The notes: a model not told the origin generated them from the sequence alone. A stretch of 64,000 nucleotides of DNA from Klebsormidium nitens (GCA_000708835.1 DF236962.1:310001-374000); one strand, 5' to 3'. Positions 9,133 to 22,716 are shown, counted from the stretch's first letter. Translations and numbers: made by a program.

Positions 9133-11796
9133 AACAACGCTCCGTTCCCAGAGGTAGCAGCTGGGTGGTTGAAATGTTTAGACTGTGCCTCTGAACTTGG
9201 GAGTATCCTTTCTTCTATGCTTGGCTTGTGCATGCCGATTTGTGTCCACGACAATTGACTTAGATCGGCTGTCTTTTCAATGCAACGATGCTTCTTACAA
9301 ATCTGCTCAGGAGCTGATCGTCGAGCTCAGCCGTGCTGAGCCGTGCTAAAACCTAGTGTTCTTTTCGAGGATGTTGACATGTTGCTACATCCGCAGAATA
9401 CATTCGCAGCATATGTGCAGACAACTAGCCAACAAAACCATCTGAAGCGGGCTGTACCATATTAACAAGGCTTACACGAAAGTCTCTTGTATATATGTTT
9501 CTCTCATTAACACCTTCTGTATTAAAAGCAGTGCTTCTTGAACTTCGACGTTGCTTTTCCGGAAGGTGCACCACCCATCACCACTATCCAGGAAGAAGGC
9601 AAGTAAAAGCTCGTACCTTTTCGCCGACCAGAAAGGTGCACATGAGGAGCAGGGGCAATCAGCGACGACTTCTTGTTCTCTAGCCGGGCCTCGAACTTGT
9701 TTATCTCTGCAGGAGAGACCATGTCGCACTCCCTGTTACATTCTTTCGCAAGGAGTGAGTGGCTTAAGACCTTGTCTTTCTTGCACTTCAACTACCAACA
9801 TACCTGAAAGCATGTACAGTCAACTAAAATGCTTGGGCATCTCCTCCCAAGCTTTTCCGCCAGCTGGCGACAAAGTTGGTTGAAAATGCAATCAATCAAA
9901 GCCGGCAAACCACCAGGGTTCATACAGACAGGTAACAAAAGGTGTCATTTGCAGTCCGCACTTTTGGGCTGCCTTTCGAGAGTGAGCGGATTCCTTTGAG
10001 CTATGATTTTGCTTGTCCTTTCTTCATTACTGCGCTGAATTGACAAAGTTACATGATGTGAGCCCATTTTCTAAACAAAACTTCAGGCAGCCCATAAGAC
10101 TCTCAGGACACATACTTTTGCGGTCTTACGCCTTAAACAACGAGGTTATCAGAATAGCTTTTCATACACCGCAAAGAGAGAAGCAGCTCAAGGGCCGCCT
10201 CATAAGATGCCATTCTGGAGCTGTCTTGTACTGTCGACCTATTTGCAATCGCCTGGAAAGAGCATTTCTGAATCCGTCTGAAGGATTCCTCACCAGCTTG
10301 TGCCTGGTTCGGATCCTCTTTATCCATCACATAAGTTTCGTCCATCTTGCTGAATGTTTGGTCCCGAATCTGCAGAGTGCAACAGTATATCTGTTGCAAA
10401 TGTGAGCTAGTAAGCAGAGAGCAATGCTGGTCCGCTCGACCTTTATGGGAATGAGAGCCCTTTGAGGAAGATGCTAGCTGGAGCTCGGCCTTAGACGGAC
10501 CTTAGACAGACTCGTGACTGCCCTTCGACCCTTGTGCTCTTCAGCAAGAGAACTTTTCTCGGAATCTTAGAACGCAGCTTCTCCCTGCATTCGCAGAAAG
10601 CAAAGAAGCTTAGATCAGCATCGATCGGCACACCTTCCTCACCAAACCGTGGAGTCGCTCCTGTGAGCGGTAGCAAATCTTATTCTGCGACCTTTCATTG
10701 ATGCAAAAGCAGTGGGAATCAGACTTTCTTCAGAAGACATAGGGGTACAGGCACGATGATGACCGGAGAGAAACCGCGCCGGTAATCCTCGTGTGACTTA
10801 ACGGGCGTTTGACCAAAGATACGAGTTACCCGGGCACTTCAAACTGAAGACCTATTTACACCCAGTTTATCCCCAAACAATCACCCGCTCCGCACCCCAA
10901 CCCACCCTAACCACCCAGCTAACCCCACCCGTCTCCCGGGCACCTAGCTTAGGTGACGTGCTCCTTAGGTCACACAAGAGTAATATCGGAGTACCGGAAA
11001 GAAGCAGCGCGGCAGGTCCGTCAGCGACGGTCTCTCCCCAAGTTCAGTGCTAGAGCTATGGCAAGATATTCCTGAATCAAACGGTGTGCATGAAAACGAG
11101 GACCGCGCGCGGAGGAATCTGACAAAATATCTCGGGCGGGTTTGTGAAACGGTTTCTGGTAAACTGCAGACATCTATCGAACGACAGTATGGCCTGGTTG
11201 AGTCTGCTAGCATTCGACGGGGCTTCGAAGTTGACGCCTGCAATCTCAGATTATCTCTGCATGACACAGCAGAAATTCTCGTGCCACGTTGGCAAATCTT
11301 CAAATCCACAATGGCTAACCCTGTGCTAACCCTTCTCTTAAGACTCCACCCTTATAGGGCCCTCGGTTGAATACCCCGGGGTAAGACAGCAGCACAAAGT
11401 TCTACCTAGTCTGCGCCTGATGCGCAGGCTGCAGCGACAACATTGCCCTGGGGACCAAAAGCGGGCCAAAGTCGTGAGGAGGGAGCCCGGTTTACAAGAT
11501 AACCTCACGACAGTTGTACCTAGCCTAGCTAGCATTGGCAAGGACCTAGCACGCAGAAAAGTAGAGACAGAAAAAGTCCACACCAAGAAGCGCGGAATTA
11601 GGTGTTTGCGTTAGCGGTGTGAATCTGCGTGTCAGTCTTTGTGCTGATCGAACAGTGAACAGAGCTGTGAACAGAGGGCGCCACATTCCGCATTCTCTCC
11701 ACATTCTCCTCAGCAAGAGCGGCAGAGGCGAGAAGTCGGTGTGGTGCCCAGAGCGTGGCACCTGACTCTGCGCATTGTGGTTGATAAAGAACCAGG

Positions 11797-14700
11797 ATGG
11801 CGGCCAATTCAGCTCTCCTGGTTCGGCAATCCGTGCAAGCATTCTCTCTTGCCAGCACCTCGGTCAACTCAAGAAGCACTGCAGCCGCAGCTCTGCAGGT
11901 TCCTGGGAGGAATGGCACCCAACTCCTTCCAGCCAGATTGTCCAGCGTGACTTCCACTTTTCAGGGGATCATGTGTGGCTTTGATAAAGCAGTCAACCTG
12001 GGAGGTACGAAGAAGCCTGCAGGGGTGTGCATGGCTTGGGGGGGTTCGCTGGCGTCAGTGAGGCTGATCATCCAGGGGAAGCACATGGACGTGAGTAGCA
12101 GATGCTCATTTTCTACATAATCGATCACTTCATCCGCCTTGTCAGCAAATGTGGTTTGACAGCTACAGCTTGATAATGCTTCTATGATTGCCCCATTCTG
12201 ACGGTCTTTCTGCAGAAGGTTGTGGCGTGACTATCAAATGTATGGGTTGACTGGTAGTCTGCTCAGCAACTCTCTGAATTGAGCGGTCTTACGGACCCTT
12301 CCGACAGAGTAAAAGCAGAGAATCTAATGGCATCATGCAGTAGAGATGAATTTTGACACTTTGTGCACCTAGAGAATGCAGCAGACAAGCCGCTTCACGC
12401 TTATGGCAATTTAAGTGCTTGAATGAGCGAAGCTGCGACGCTTCTGCATTTGCAATTTCCGTCAATGTGAGCATGCGGGTTGTTATCATTGAAGTGAGTT
12501 GCATTTTGTAGCTGAGCTAGGAAGAATTGAACATGCTGCTCGCATTTGAAGCTTTTTGGTTGATTCCAAATGCTTCCCTTCTCTTCCTATAAATAGGTGC
12601 TCACATCTAGTTCATCCGATTGTAAAGGCTCCTCAAGGTAGAAGTGTGCGGCCAATGATTGTTTCCCTTCTTATGAGCCGCAAACTAATAACTTTCTATT
12701 CTGGAAAGTTGTGCTCCTTTGCTATTTGATTTCACTTTTATCTTTGATGTTTGCTGGACATGTGAATTGACGAAAAACGGGTTTTTGGATGAAACAGCTG
12801 GTGGTCGAGAACTCAAGAAACTTTAGAGCTGAAGGAGTGAATGCAACAAATAACCGGCTGCTCAGCTCAATCAAGACAGTAACACAGTGCTTTTCTCATA
12901 TCTGTTTCTCATGCTATTCGGCAGTTGACGGACTCGATCAAGGCTTACATTGAGGAGAAGATTGGGAAGGCCGTAGAGAAGCATGTCCAGCTGGTGCGCG
13001 AAGTTGACGTGCGATTATCGACGAGGGGGGGCGACCACGCGCTGAGCCACCAGGGCCACCAGAAGGGGAAGCCCACCCAAAGGGCTGAGGTAAGCATGAT
13101 GGACTCTAAACATTCTCACCAGAAACTTCAATTTCTGATGCTCGTATGAAGGGGGAACATGTAGAGTCGTAGCGTTGTCAGTTTCTTGTTGCTGCCACCA
13201 TCATGGGATTGTCTGCAACCCTTGAGGCTAAGAAAACCACCTCAGACTTGCCCCTTCAATGAATTTTACAACTAAGCTAAGTTGGATTAGCACTGGCTGC
13301 TTTTCTTTTTTGGTAAGTATGACGTTGCCAAGAAAAGAAGCCGGGAACGTGGGCCACCTCCTGATTAAGTATCTCCCTTGACTCTGTCTTTATGTAAGGA
13401 GGCCCCAACTGTAGAAGACAAACCAAGACATTCAGCGGCTTTCCAAAACCTTGCAGAGGAAAGAAGCATGGATGTGCCTAGTACCGCTGTAACTTACTTC
13501 ACAAAGCATCGGTTTTTTGGAGTGAACCTGAGCACCACCCTTCAGTGGAGTGTTCCGTTCCTTCTGTTCCTTTAAGCATGTGGAGAAAGTGCTCGTAGAT
13601 GCACCTGGTTGATTAGCTTGAACCAAGTTCGTGCGCTTCTTGAGCCTGGTTCGAACGTACAACTCATCAAACGGCATGAGCATTGATTTCTCTAGAAAGA
13701 GCTCGTGGGTCGATGAATGCATTTTCCACGCCTCTCCGGATAACCTGGGCTTCTTCAACTGTGTCTATCTGGGGCAATCATGACTGGAAAGATGCATCAT
13801 ATGGCGCCACCACTCCTTAAGAAGTTTTCCCGGGGCTTTCAGAACATTATCCACGTCAAGAAGAACACCGTTCGAGGGCTTCACCCCACTGTTAGTGTGG
13901 TTCTGAGCCCCCGAAGATGCACCCTACCCAATAGAGTTGACAATTCTTTCTGTGAACGAGTTTCGTCTTGTGCAAGAGATACTCTTGCTAGCCTTCGGAA
14001 CCTAAAACCTCAGCCTAGACATATCTGGTCACCTTTAACCCCGCTCCTAAGCCGCTTCCCCTCGCCTGCAGGCACCAAAAAAATCTGCTTGATGCAGCAG
14101 AGGAGGATAGCGTGCACGTATATTTTCAAATTTGAAACTTTCATTCCCAACCGATATTCTGCACTTTCGATCTCGCTTCTAATAGCTTGCCCGTGAAGGT
14201 CTTTAGGTAGGAGCACGGCCTTGGAGAAGCAAGCAGGCACCCTAATCCATTTCGGAAGCTTTCACACGTGCCCATCTTTGGTCATTACCATGCTCTCAAC
14301 CAACTTTCGACCAATTTCCGCCCCTCAGGTAACAATCTACACGAAGAAGCACGGCATTGTGCGCGCGGAGGAGGACAGCGAGCGCGCCTACTCGAGCATC
14401 GACCTCGTGGCCGATGTTGTTGAGCGCAAGCTGCGCAAGATCAAGGAGAAGGACGGCGGGAATGGGCGCAACTGGCAGGTACGACTTAACCCTCTGTCAG
14501 GCCCAGCCCTCACTCCCTGTCGATAGAAAACCCTCAGTGCGCCAGTTTCTTTAGCGAAGTCAGACACCAAATGAAAGAGTGTGTTTGTACTCCGTTCTTG
14601 ATTCAAGGCCATCGAAGGTAAAGGACGTTCAGCCGGGGATTGCTACTGGCATCAGAGCGATTCAGCAGTCGCGGGTTGATATTCTCGTTGCTTTAGGCGT

Positions 14701-16008
14701 TGCAAGGCTGTACTTCTACTATTATGTGATCACGAGATATTAATAGAGAACCTGAACTTGAATCGTGGTGTGAACCCGTATTCAAGATCTAGATTTACAG
14801 AACCATAAGAGAATTGGTTATCCTGAACTAAAACCTGGGTATCGACCGATTATCAACCGTTTACCAATCGTTGTGCAGATGCGGCACAAGCCGAACGTGG
14901 AGGAGCTGCTCCCCGCGGTGTCCGTATCGTCGGTGCCGGACCTCGACTTCGACGAGGCGGAACTCAGCGACCAGGAGGGAAGCCCGGAGCAAAAGTCGCT
15001 GCTGGGAGAGGTGGGTTGGAGCTCATTCGAATTCCTTTTGATCCAGCTGACTGTATCCTGACATTCTGCCTTCGTGCTGTTGTAGTTGGCTCTTGTCGTC
15101 TTCTGCCCATGTATGGTCCGGTTACTTTGCTCATCGAAGTTAAGCTGGTGGTAGCTTGTTAAATTGTTGCTCCAGGAAAGCTGTTTATGCATTGCTCTTG
15201 TGCTGTTCGCACAGGGCTCTTCTTCATCCGCAAGACAGCCCCAAGCTTTGGTCGCTGCTGAGAGGTCGGAGTTTGATGAAGGAAATGATAACCGGCCGTG
15301 ATGATATCGGGTCCGGTGCTCCAAGCGACAGCTTCCCAACTCATTCTGTTTGCTGTTGCTTGCAGATTGTCCGCACAAAGCGGTACTCCATTCCCCCCAT
15401 GACCACGGAGAGTGCGATGGACGAGCTTCTTAACGTTGGTCACGACTTCTTTGCATTCCGGAGCATCGAGACAGGTGGGGTTCGGCAGCGTTCTTGGAGC
15501 AACGGTCGTTGCTTACAATCAGCTGCGTCTATTGAAAGAAGTGTTTCTGGCGTTTATATGGAGCTTTTCGTGAAAAGGTTGCTCTTTAAGGAAGTAGTGT
15601 GTATTAGCATCGACCCCAGGGTTTGCCGTAGGTGCTTCTGTTACACGGTTCAAGCCACCCTGCAACGGCGGAAGAAGTCAGTCTACCACTCTTCAGCATC
15701 TGGCAAAAATATCTCCAGTATTCGGAACTCACGAGTTTCTGAATCACGGACTTCCTGAAGACGACAACGCATGTTCAAAAAGTACGTATAATTCCATGCA
15801 GATTCAGAGACGGCTTCTAGGCTTTTGGAAAATAGCGACCTGGAGGGTTGTTTGGTCAAGCACACTGACGTCATGCTGTTGTCATGCTCTTACAGGTGAC
15901 GTCAACATTTTGTACCGGAGGAGGTCCGGCGGGTTCGGGCTCATCATTCCAAGGGAGGATGAGCCTTGGGAGAAGTTCACCCCTGGCGTTGCTCAGGCTA
16001 GGAAGTAG
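11797..16008 (+). CDS. PSRP1: Plastid-specific ribosomal protein 1 / ribosome hibernation promoting factor (HPF, S30Ae family), 6 exons, transit peptide
   Basis: Exons 11797-12090, 12925-13089, 14329-14478, 14879-15010, 15366-15474, 15896-16008, all GT-AG and in frame. Motifs MAWGGSLASVRLIIQGK, VREVDVRLSTRGG, TKKHGIVRAEED...YSSIDLVADVVERKLRKIKEK, IVRTKRY, GHDFFAFR, NILYRRRSGGFGLIIP. Confidence 0.95.
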
Positions 16009-17099
16009 TCAAGCCGGGTTTGCAGTAATGCTGACGTCAGGGCTGATTGTGCGTAGGCCATGGTCGGTCGTTGGCATCAGCCTGTCCCTTCTGTGGATTC
16101 GCGCGAATGTGTTGAAGCTGTGGAAAAGTTGCCGTACTTAGACGCAAGTTCCTAGAGCAGGGTAGAAGTAAAGGGCAGGAAGAGGTTAGTCAATTGTAGT
16201 TCAGAAAACGGATGTCGAGGGGGCATTGGGGTTGCATCCCGGCAGTGTAAGAACCGAGCTTAAAATTCGCAAACCTAGTTGTACACTCCTAAGACAGGGA
16301 TCAGCATCGTCGACTTTCCTTCCGGCGTATCTGTGTGCTATCTATATGATTTCCCTCTGCATGTATCATGGAACTCTGTCGACTGCAAGGGAGTATACGG
16401 ATTGCTCCAACATTGACGCTAGGCCAGTTTTGCTAGAGTCAGCGAGACTGGCCTAGGCTCATGACCTCAGTGCACGAGCATGCTGTAATATTGAACCGTG
16501 CTTAGCTATTTGTCAAAGCGCCACAAGGACTTCTTGGTAAGTCGAACACCATGGGTTGATGGCCGGGCCCGCTGGGTGATTGCAGAGCGCGGCGGGACTC
16601 GGATGAACATATATGCAGCTAGCTGTCTGTGGTGGTCTGAATTGCCGCGGACTCTCTCTAGCGTACACCTTCAAATGTATATTCATGTGCCGCTGGCTGC
16701 ACAAGCGTATATGAGTATGGTACTTTGAACGTCTTTGTAGCAAGCCCATCCTGATTGGATGCGTGCTTACATGCAAGTGATCGCGGCCTAAATCAAAACA
16801 TAGCCAACAAAGTCAGCATGCATGCAAAGGGAACATGATGCATTTTGATCGGATTGGTTTCTGGGACTCACGTGTATAGTGTTCACTTAGAAGAACAGGA
16901 TTGTCTGATACATGGGCCACACACCACGACGTTCAGATGGCTGCGCATACGGGCCACCAAAACACTCACAGAGTGCTGGGTGCGTGAGACAACAATATGA
17001 GAATGGCACCGTCAATGGACATGGAGGCTCAGCTTATATTGAGAGAGTCGAAGAACGTGCGCTGTTGCACAGGTCTGTTGCTCCATTAAGACCTCTTTA

Positions 17100-20000
17100 T
17101 TACCTGCCTTGCCTCCTATGCCGTTCATCATCCTCACGCCTTCGTGACTCGCCGCCCCTCTCTTCCCGCCTGTCCTTGTCCCTTCTATCCTCCCTGGACC
17201 TTTGCCCAAATTCCTCCCTTCTATGCCCCTCATCTCTCCGCCGATGATGCTCAGCTTCTCGCTCTTCCTTTCTGTGCTCTTTCGAGCGACCGCCGTCTTT
17301 ATGCCCCCTCTCATGCGACTTTTCCCTTTGCCTCCTATCCCCCACCTCCGCTTCGTGTCTGCCGCGTCCTCTTTCCTTCGTATCACCGTTCTTCTCTTCT
17401 CGGCCCCTTCCCTCTTCCCGACCGGTTCTATCGTCCCGGAAATGTCGGTCCAAATGATCGCCTTTTCGTCGATCGCTCTCACCCCCCTTTCTCGCTTCTC
17501 GATCGTTTCTATGCCAGTCTCCTTTTTCCCTCATTTCATCGCGTGATCGTCTGACATCCTCTCCCGCATCCTCCCTGTGCCGCTTCCTATCCCCCTCCCT
17601 CTCATACTCCACCCGCCTCTTATCATAAGAAGGCCGGCTCCTCTGCCCTGCACCGTCGTCAAACACCATATCGTACTGGCCGCTCGCCCCGCCTATTTGC
17701 CGGACCCCTCTTTCTTTCAACTCTACTCGGGGGCCCCTCGGCGGGGCGTTTGGACCCCCCCCCTTGGGCTCCGGGCAATCTTTCGCCATATGCCCCTCCT
17801 GGCCGCAGTTAAAGCAGCCCTTGGAACGGGCGGCTCCGGGGGCGTAGCTGCTGCCACCTGGTACACATGCACGTAAGCGTGACGTCAGCAGATGCGACCT
17901 TCGACTTTGTGCCTTCAACAAAGGTTTCCCAAAGCATAAGTGTCATGGAAACAAACAAACAAGCCGTCCCAAGTGTGATTAGTTGGAAAGGCAACCGACC
18001 AGGTCCGCCGACTGACCCAAGTAAACTCAAACATTTGAAGCACAATTATCTCCCCGCAGACGCGATAGGCTTGCCAGAAAACCGGAAAAGCATCCGCTTC
18101 GATCAAGTCCTGATCCCGTACTGTGCGATGACAAAGAACTGGCGACCGACATCACACGAGGGAAAATACAAACGATTAAGGTATGCAGGAACGGCATCAC
18201 TGCCCAAAAACGCGCACAAACGTCACTGGGGTTCCAGTGCCATTATTAGAAGGCAAATCAAGTCCAACAAAAGACACTTGGAAAGGGCGGAAAAAAACGA
18301 ACGGCAAACCCCGCCCAGACTCGAAAAGGCTTTCGCGTCGGCAGAGTCCTGGTCTTGGAGGAATCAGAAACGAAATCTAAACACGCACAACACAGCCGGA
18401 ACGGCAAAGGAAAAAGTAAAGAATGCACCCGCGTCGGCCGAATCCTTGGTCCCGATCTTGCGGTAACGGTTCCACAGCTTCCCGACCGACTGGCTGAAGT
18501 CCACGTGGATCCGGCGGTCGTCGATGAGCACATTGTCCATTTTGAAGTAGGCCGCCTCGCACGCCTCTTTCGACTCGAACTCGATGAAGCCGTAGCACAG
18601 GCTGTCGCCCGTCTTGAAGTCGCGGATGATGTCAGCGGACACGATCTTGCCGAAGCGCGAGAAGATGATCTCCAGGTCGTCCTCCTGAGGAGGGAAAGGA
18701 GCAAGGAGAGGTTTAGGAGGTGGCGGCGAGAGGTGGAAAAGCGGATGATGTCAACGAATTCGGAGGATGATGTCAGCGGACACCATCTTGCCGAAGCGCG
18801 AGAAGACGATCTCCAGGTCGTCCTCCTGAGGGGGGGGGAAAGCAAGAAGAGTTTTCAGGGAGACAAGTGATGGAAAAGCGAAGTATAAGGGACTCTGCGG
18901 ATGATGTCAGTGTAAAAAATCTTGCTGAAGCGCGGTAGGCGGATGATGCTGGCGGAAAGTAGGGGGGAAGAGCATTAACATTAGCGGGACAATGTGAAAG
19001 GATGCTGTCAGCGATCACGATCCTGCCGAAGCGAGAAGAATTATTTTCGAGGTGGCCATCCTGGGGCGGGATGAAAGCAGGAATCAGAATACGGGGGGAA
19101 GGGAAGGGGGAAAAGCGGGTACCAGCGCACGGTACGATCACGTGAGTCGCACTGATAACTGCAGAAAATGTTTAACAACCTCAGAGCTAAGAATCTACTC
19201 TTTCGCCGCAACAAGCGGAGAGCAGAAAGGGGTTACAACTAACCTGCGTGACCGGGTTAAGCTTGCAGATGAAGAGCACGTTCTCGGGCGGCTTCACGTC
19301 GGCCTCGGGCAGATCGCCAATCATTTCGAGCACTACCGCGCGGCCGTGCGCTTCTTTCTCGCGGATCGTCTTGTGCAGCTCCTCCTCGTCCATCGTCTCG
19401 TCCATGGGTACCCAGTCCTCTTCAAGGCGCACGTCGGGGCCCTGAAAGTTAAAAAATGGTTCAAGCTTAAGGTCAGGGTCAAGTAACTTTCAAGTAGAAG
19501 CTGAGGTTTAAGGGTTAAGGTTCCGGCTGACAAAAAGTTTCTGCAGCCCTCTAGTCCATCGTCTCGTCCATGGGCACCAAGTCCGCTTCCAGGCACACGT
19601 CAGGGCCCTGGAGAACCGGAGGATACGGTTGACTTTACGGTCAAGATTACAAATTTTTGTGAGATGAAGTTAAGGGTCAGGTTAACGAAGAGGTTCTGCA
19701 ACTCCTCCTTGTCCATCGTCTCGTCCATGGGTACCCAGTCCTCTTCCAGGCGCACGTCAGGGCCCTGGAAAATCGGAGGGTACGGTTAAGGTCAACGTTA
19801 GTCAAGGCTACGGTGAAAGGTTCTAATCAGGTTTAAGCTTGAGGTTTATGGTTCATTCTCTGCAGCTTTCCTTCGTCCGTCGTCCCGTCCAATGGCACCC
19901 AGTCCTGTTGGAGCCGCACGCCGGGACCCGGCGTATCCGGAAGTCAAGGTTCAGACTAACGAACAGTAGAAGACTTACTTATATAGTCGAACGCTTTTAT

Positions 20001-22716
20001 TAATGAAGCTAGTGAACTTTCAGAGCGTGCAGCTTTTTCGAGCCAGCAACAATTGAAAGATCAGTTGCTCTATGGTGGCACCCAGTCCTCCATGATGCGG
20101 ACGTCAGGGCCCTGGAAAGCCGGAGGTTCAGAAGCGGGGTTGAGGTTAAGGTTCAGATCAGCAGAGGCTATCGGCAGGTTTCTTCCCTTCGTCCATAGGC
20201 ACACAGTAGTCCACCTCAAGACGCAAGCTGAGCCCTTGATAACCAGCGACTAGATTGAGCAATCGAGTCAAGATCAATTGAGTCAAGATCTTCCATCGAG
20301 TTCGTTTGCTAAAGTTTTTCATGGAAGGGTTAGTGGGCAAATTCCATGCGCCTCTGCGGGACGCATGCCTAGAACAGTCATATTTTAAGAAAAGTGTGAA
20401 CAGGACTGGCATAGTAGCGACGACAGAAAAGCCAAAGTGCGACGGAACAGAACGAACTGGACGCAATCAGCCATACTTTCCAATCTAGTTTCGAGAGAGC
20501 ATGTGGGTTGAGCTTGTCATAGCAAAGCGCTTTGACGTGGGATTAGACAAACTCCGAAAGCGATAAGTAGACAGATACAAAAAGATTGGTAACGGGGACA
20601 AGGACACACACCTCGTCCGGAACAAAGTCGGGCGAGCGGTCCGGGATGAGCGCCTCGAGCCCCGGAGGATCTTCAAACGGATCGTCCAGCACGTGGGTAT
20701 GCTTGATGCGGAGGTTTTTGTACGGCCTCCCAGACTCGTCGACGAAGGTTTCGTTGATTCGGTCCAACGCTTCAAAGCCCTCAGCTACCTCGCCGAAAAC
20801 CTGGAAGTGCGCAAAAACGACTTCGGATTCAGCATAAACCTTTCAGGATGCCCATAGGCCTGCCCGAACCCTTGCTTTGATAACTTGAACCATTGCCTCG
20901 AAGCCCTCAAGTACCTCGTACGCCTTTCAAACCTCGAAGATGTTAGAACCCTTGAAGGCCAAAGTGGACACAAGTTTTCAATATGGAACCTCACACCGTT
21001 TGGTAGTCCATGCGCGCACGGCTTAATGGACTGATTACTTTCCAAGCCATTCGGTCGCTTGTCTTTGGCCCCGAGTCTCGGTCCCATTTCTCTATGCCAG
21101 CTATCCGAGCCCTCGGTGAGGATCCAATGGGTCTGTCAACAGGAGACTCGCGGAGGTTACGCCACAATGGGCTGTTCTCGAGTTACGTGTGGCCATCGTA
21201 GTCTTTCGAAGCTCGCGCACAGGCTGTGAGAGAGTACCAACCGGTATGGGGGTTCAAAAGCGAAACTGGAGTCCACGTACTCCTTCCACGGGTTCTGTTG
21301 AATCAGAGTTTGACTACAACGTTCCAATCTTCGGAATGCAAGAAAAGGCCTTCGAGAGAAGAGCCTTCAAAACACCTGCATAGCAAAAAGGGCAGGAAGA
21401 CTGGCTGCGTTGAGAGAGCAAACTTTCGAAGCTGCAGAAGTTTAGAAAGACACCTCGTACCACACGCACATGCGCAAAGCCCGGCACTGTTCGATCTCAC
21501 ATATGAAAGACGGACTCACTGTGTGCTTTTCATCCAGGTAATCCAGCTCGTCCCTGAGCGTGATGTAGAATTGGGATGCGTTCAGGTTCTCCCCCCCGCT
21601 CGCCATCGCCACGGTTCCTTTCTTTGCGTGCTTCAGTTTCGGATGGATCTCGTCCTCAAAGAAGCGCGCCTGGTCGCCGTACAGAAACCTGGGGACGGTG
21701 TGAGAAGAATGTCAGATAATGTAAAGTCTTGTGTTCTGTAACTTAGAAAACGTCCAAGAGCAGTACGGAGAGGGCCAGGGGCCCGCAGATTGTACGTCCT
21801 TTGAGACATCATGTTGAAGCCGTGATGTTGCGCAACTTCAACAGGGGTCATATTAAGTACTCGGGTTGCGCAAGTGCGGAAATAACACCTTCAAGTTGCA
21901 CTCATCTGGAGATAGATCTCAAACTTGCAATGTATCAAATTGTTCCACTTTGAAGTGCGCAACTGCAAAAGTGCCCAGCGGTGTGAGGCAAAAACGGAAG
22001 ATTGGGGGGAAGTGGCAAATAGAGAGTCCCTGTTTCTCTACTGCAGAGCCGTGCGCGGCTTCTCTGACAATGATACCACATTATGACCATGATGATTGGT
22101 GACGGGGGGGGTATCCTGAAACTCAAGTCTGCCGAGTTTTATCAAAGTTTCGACATGGTGGCGACAGCAAACGGTTTTGACATCTCCGTCAGGGGCGCAC
22201 TGGGACCCACACTAGCATCAATGAACAGCCCAAAATAAATGCGCAAGATGACTGCTAAAAGTGCTGCCAGGTCATTGACACAATTGAAGCAGAACTTATT
22301 GCATGACATCACAACACTTGCAGAATGTAAAATGGATACCGCGTTAAGAACGTGAGGCATCGGGGATGATTGCCTGATGACCGACTCGAACTAACCAATA
22401 TGGTCACAGTTCAAAAACAATATCTGCCTCAAACGACTTCAACCAAGGGGTTTTTGCAATGCACTGAACCATCGCGTCTTCTTAAGCAATTTCAAAGTGC
22501 GCCGGCGACTCACTTGTAGATAGAGTCCCCTCCTTTCCCGGTGCCTGTGGGGTCCCCAGTCTGCGCCAGAAAGTCCTTCTTGACGTCATGGAAGAGGCAG
22601 TTATTGTAGTACTTGATCTTGCACAGCTTCAAAAAGTTCCTGGTTGTGATTGGGCAGTCGTCCGTGAACAGGTCCACCACCAGCTCACCCAGGCTCGTCT
22701 CCAACATCACCGCCAT
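17100..22716 (-). CDS. CYP59: Cyclophilin 59 / PPIL4-type peptidyl-prolyl isomerase with RRM, CCHC zinc knuckle and R/D/E-rich tail, 6 exons
   Basis: Exons 22716-22514, 21688-21520, 20800-20612, 19441-19244, 18684-18429, 17857-17100 splice in frame. Motifs [72 protein letters not shown]. Confidence 0.96.
18743..19060 (-). repeat. Array of truncated, decayed copies of the 5' about 60 nt of CYP59 exon 5 inside intron 4
   Basis: Copies with CAG acceptors start at 18825 (near identical) and 19060 (diverged, [20 protein letters not shown]). Fragments at about 18895-18955 and 18743-18752. Confidence 0.85.
19545..20111 (-). repeat. Tandem array (about 160-180 bp period) of four truncated copies of the 5' end of CYP59 exon 4 inside intron 3
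   Basis: Copies start at 19607, 19764, 19928 and 20111 (GGCCCTGACGTGCGCCTGGAAGAGGACTGGGTACCCATGGAC-like). The real exon starts at 19441. Confidence 0.9.

Noticed and set aside
10890-10935. ACCCTAACC telomere-like stretch
   Set aside because: Too short and degenerate to call an interstitial telomere; similar motifs are common in introns here.
17012-18870. Several overlapping ORFs rich in R/G/S or P/L/F
   Set aside because: Alternative or antisense frames of the CYP59 low-complexity tail and RRM exon.
19441-20111. CRISPR-like appearance of regularly spaced repeats
   Set aside because: The repeats are 45-70 nt diverged copies of a host exon in a eukaryotic intron, and there are no cas genes.
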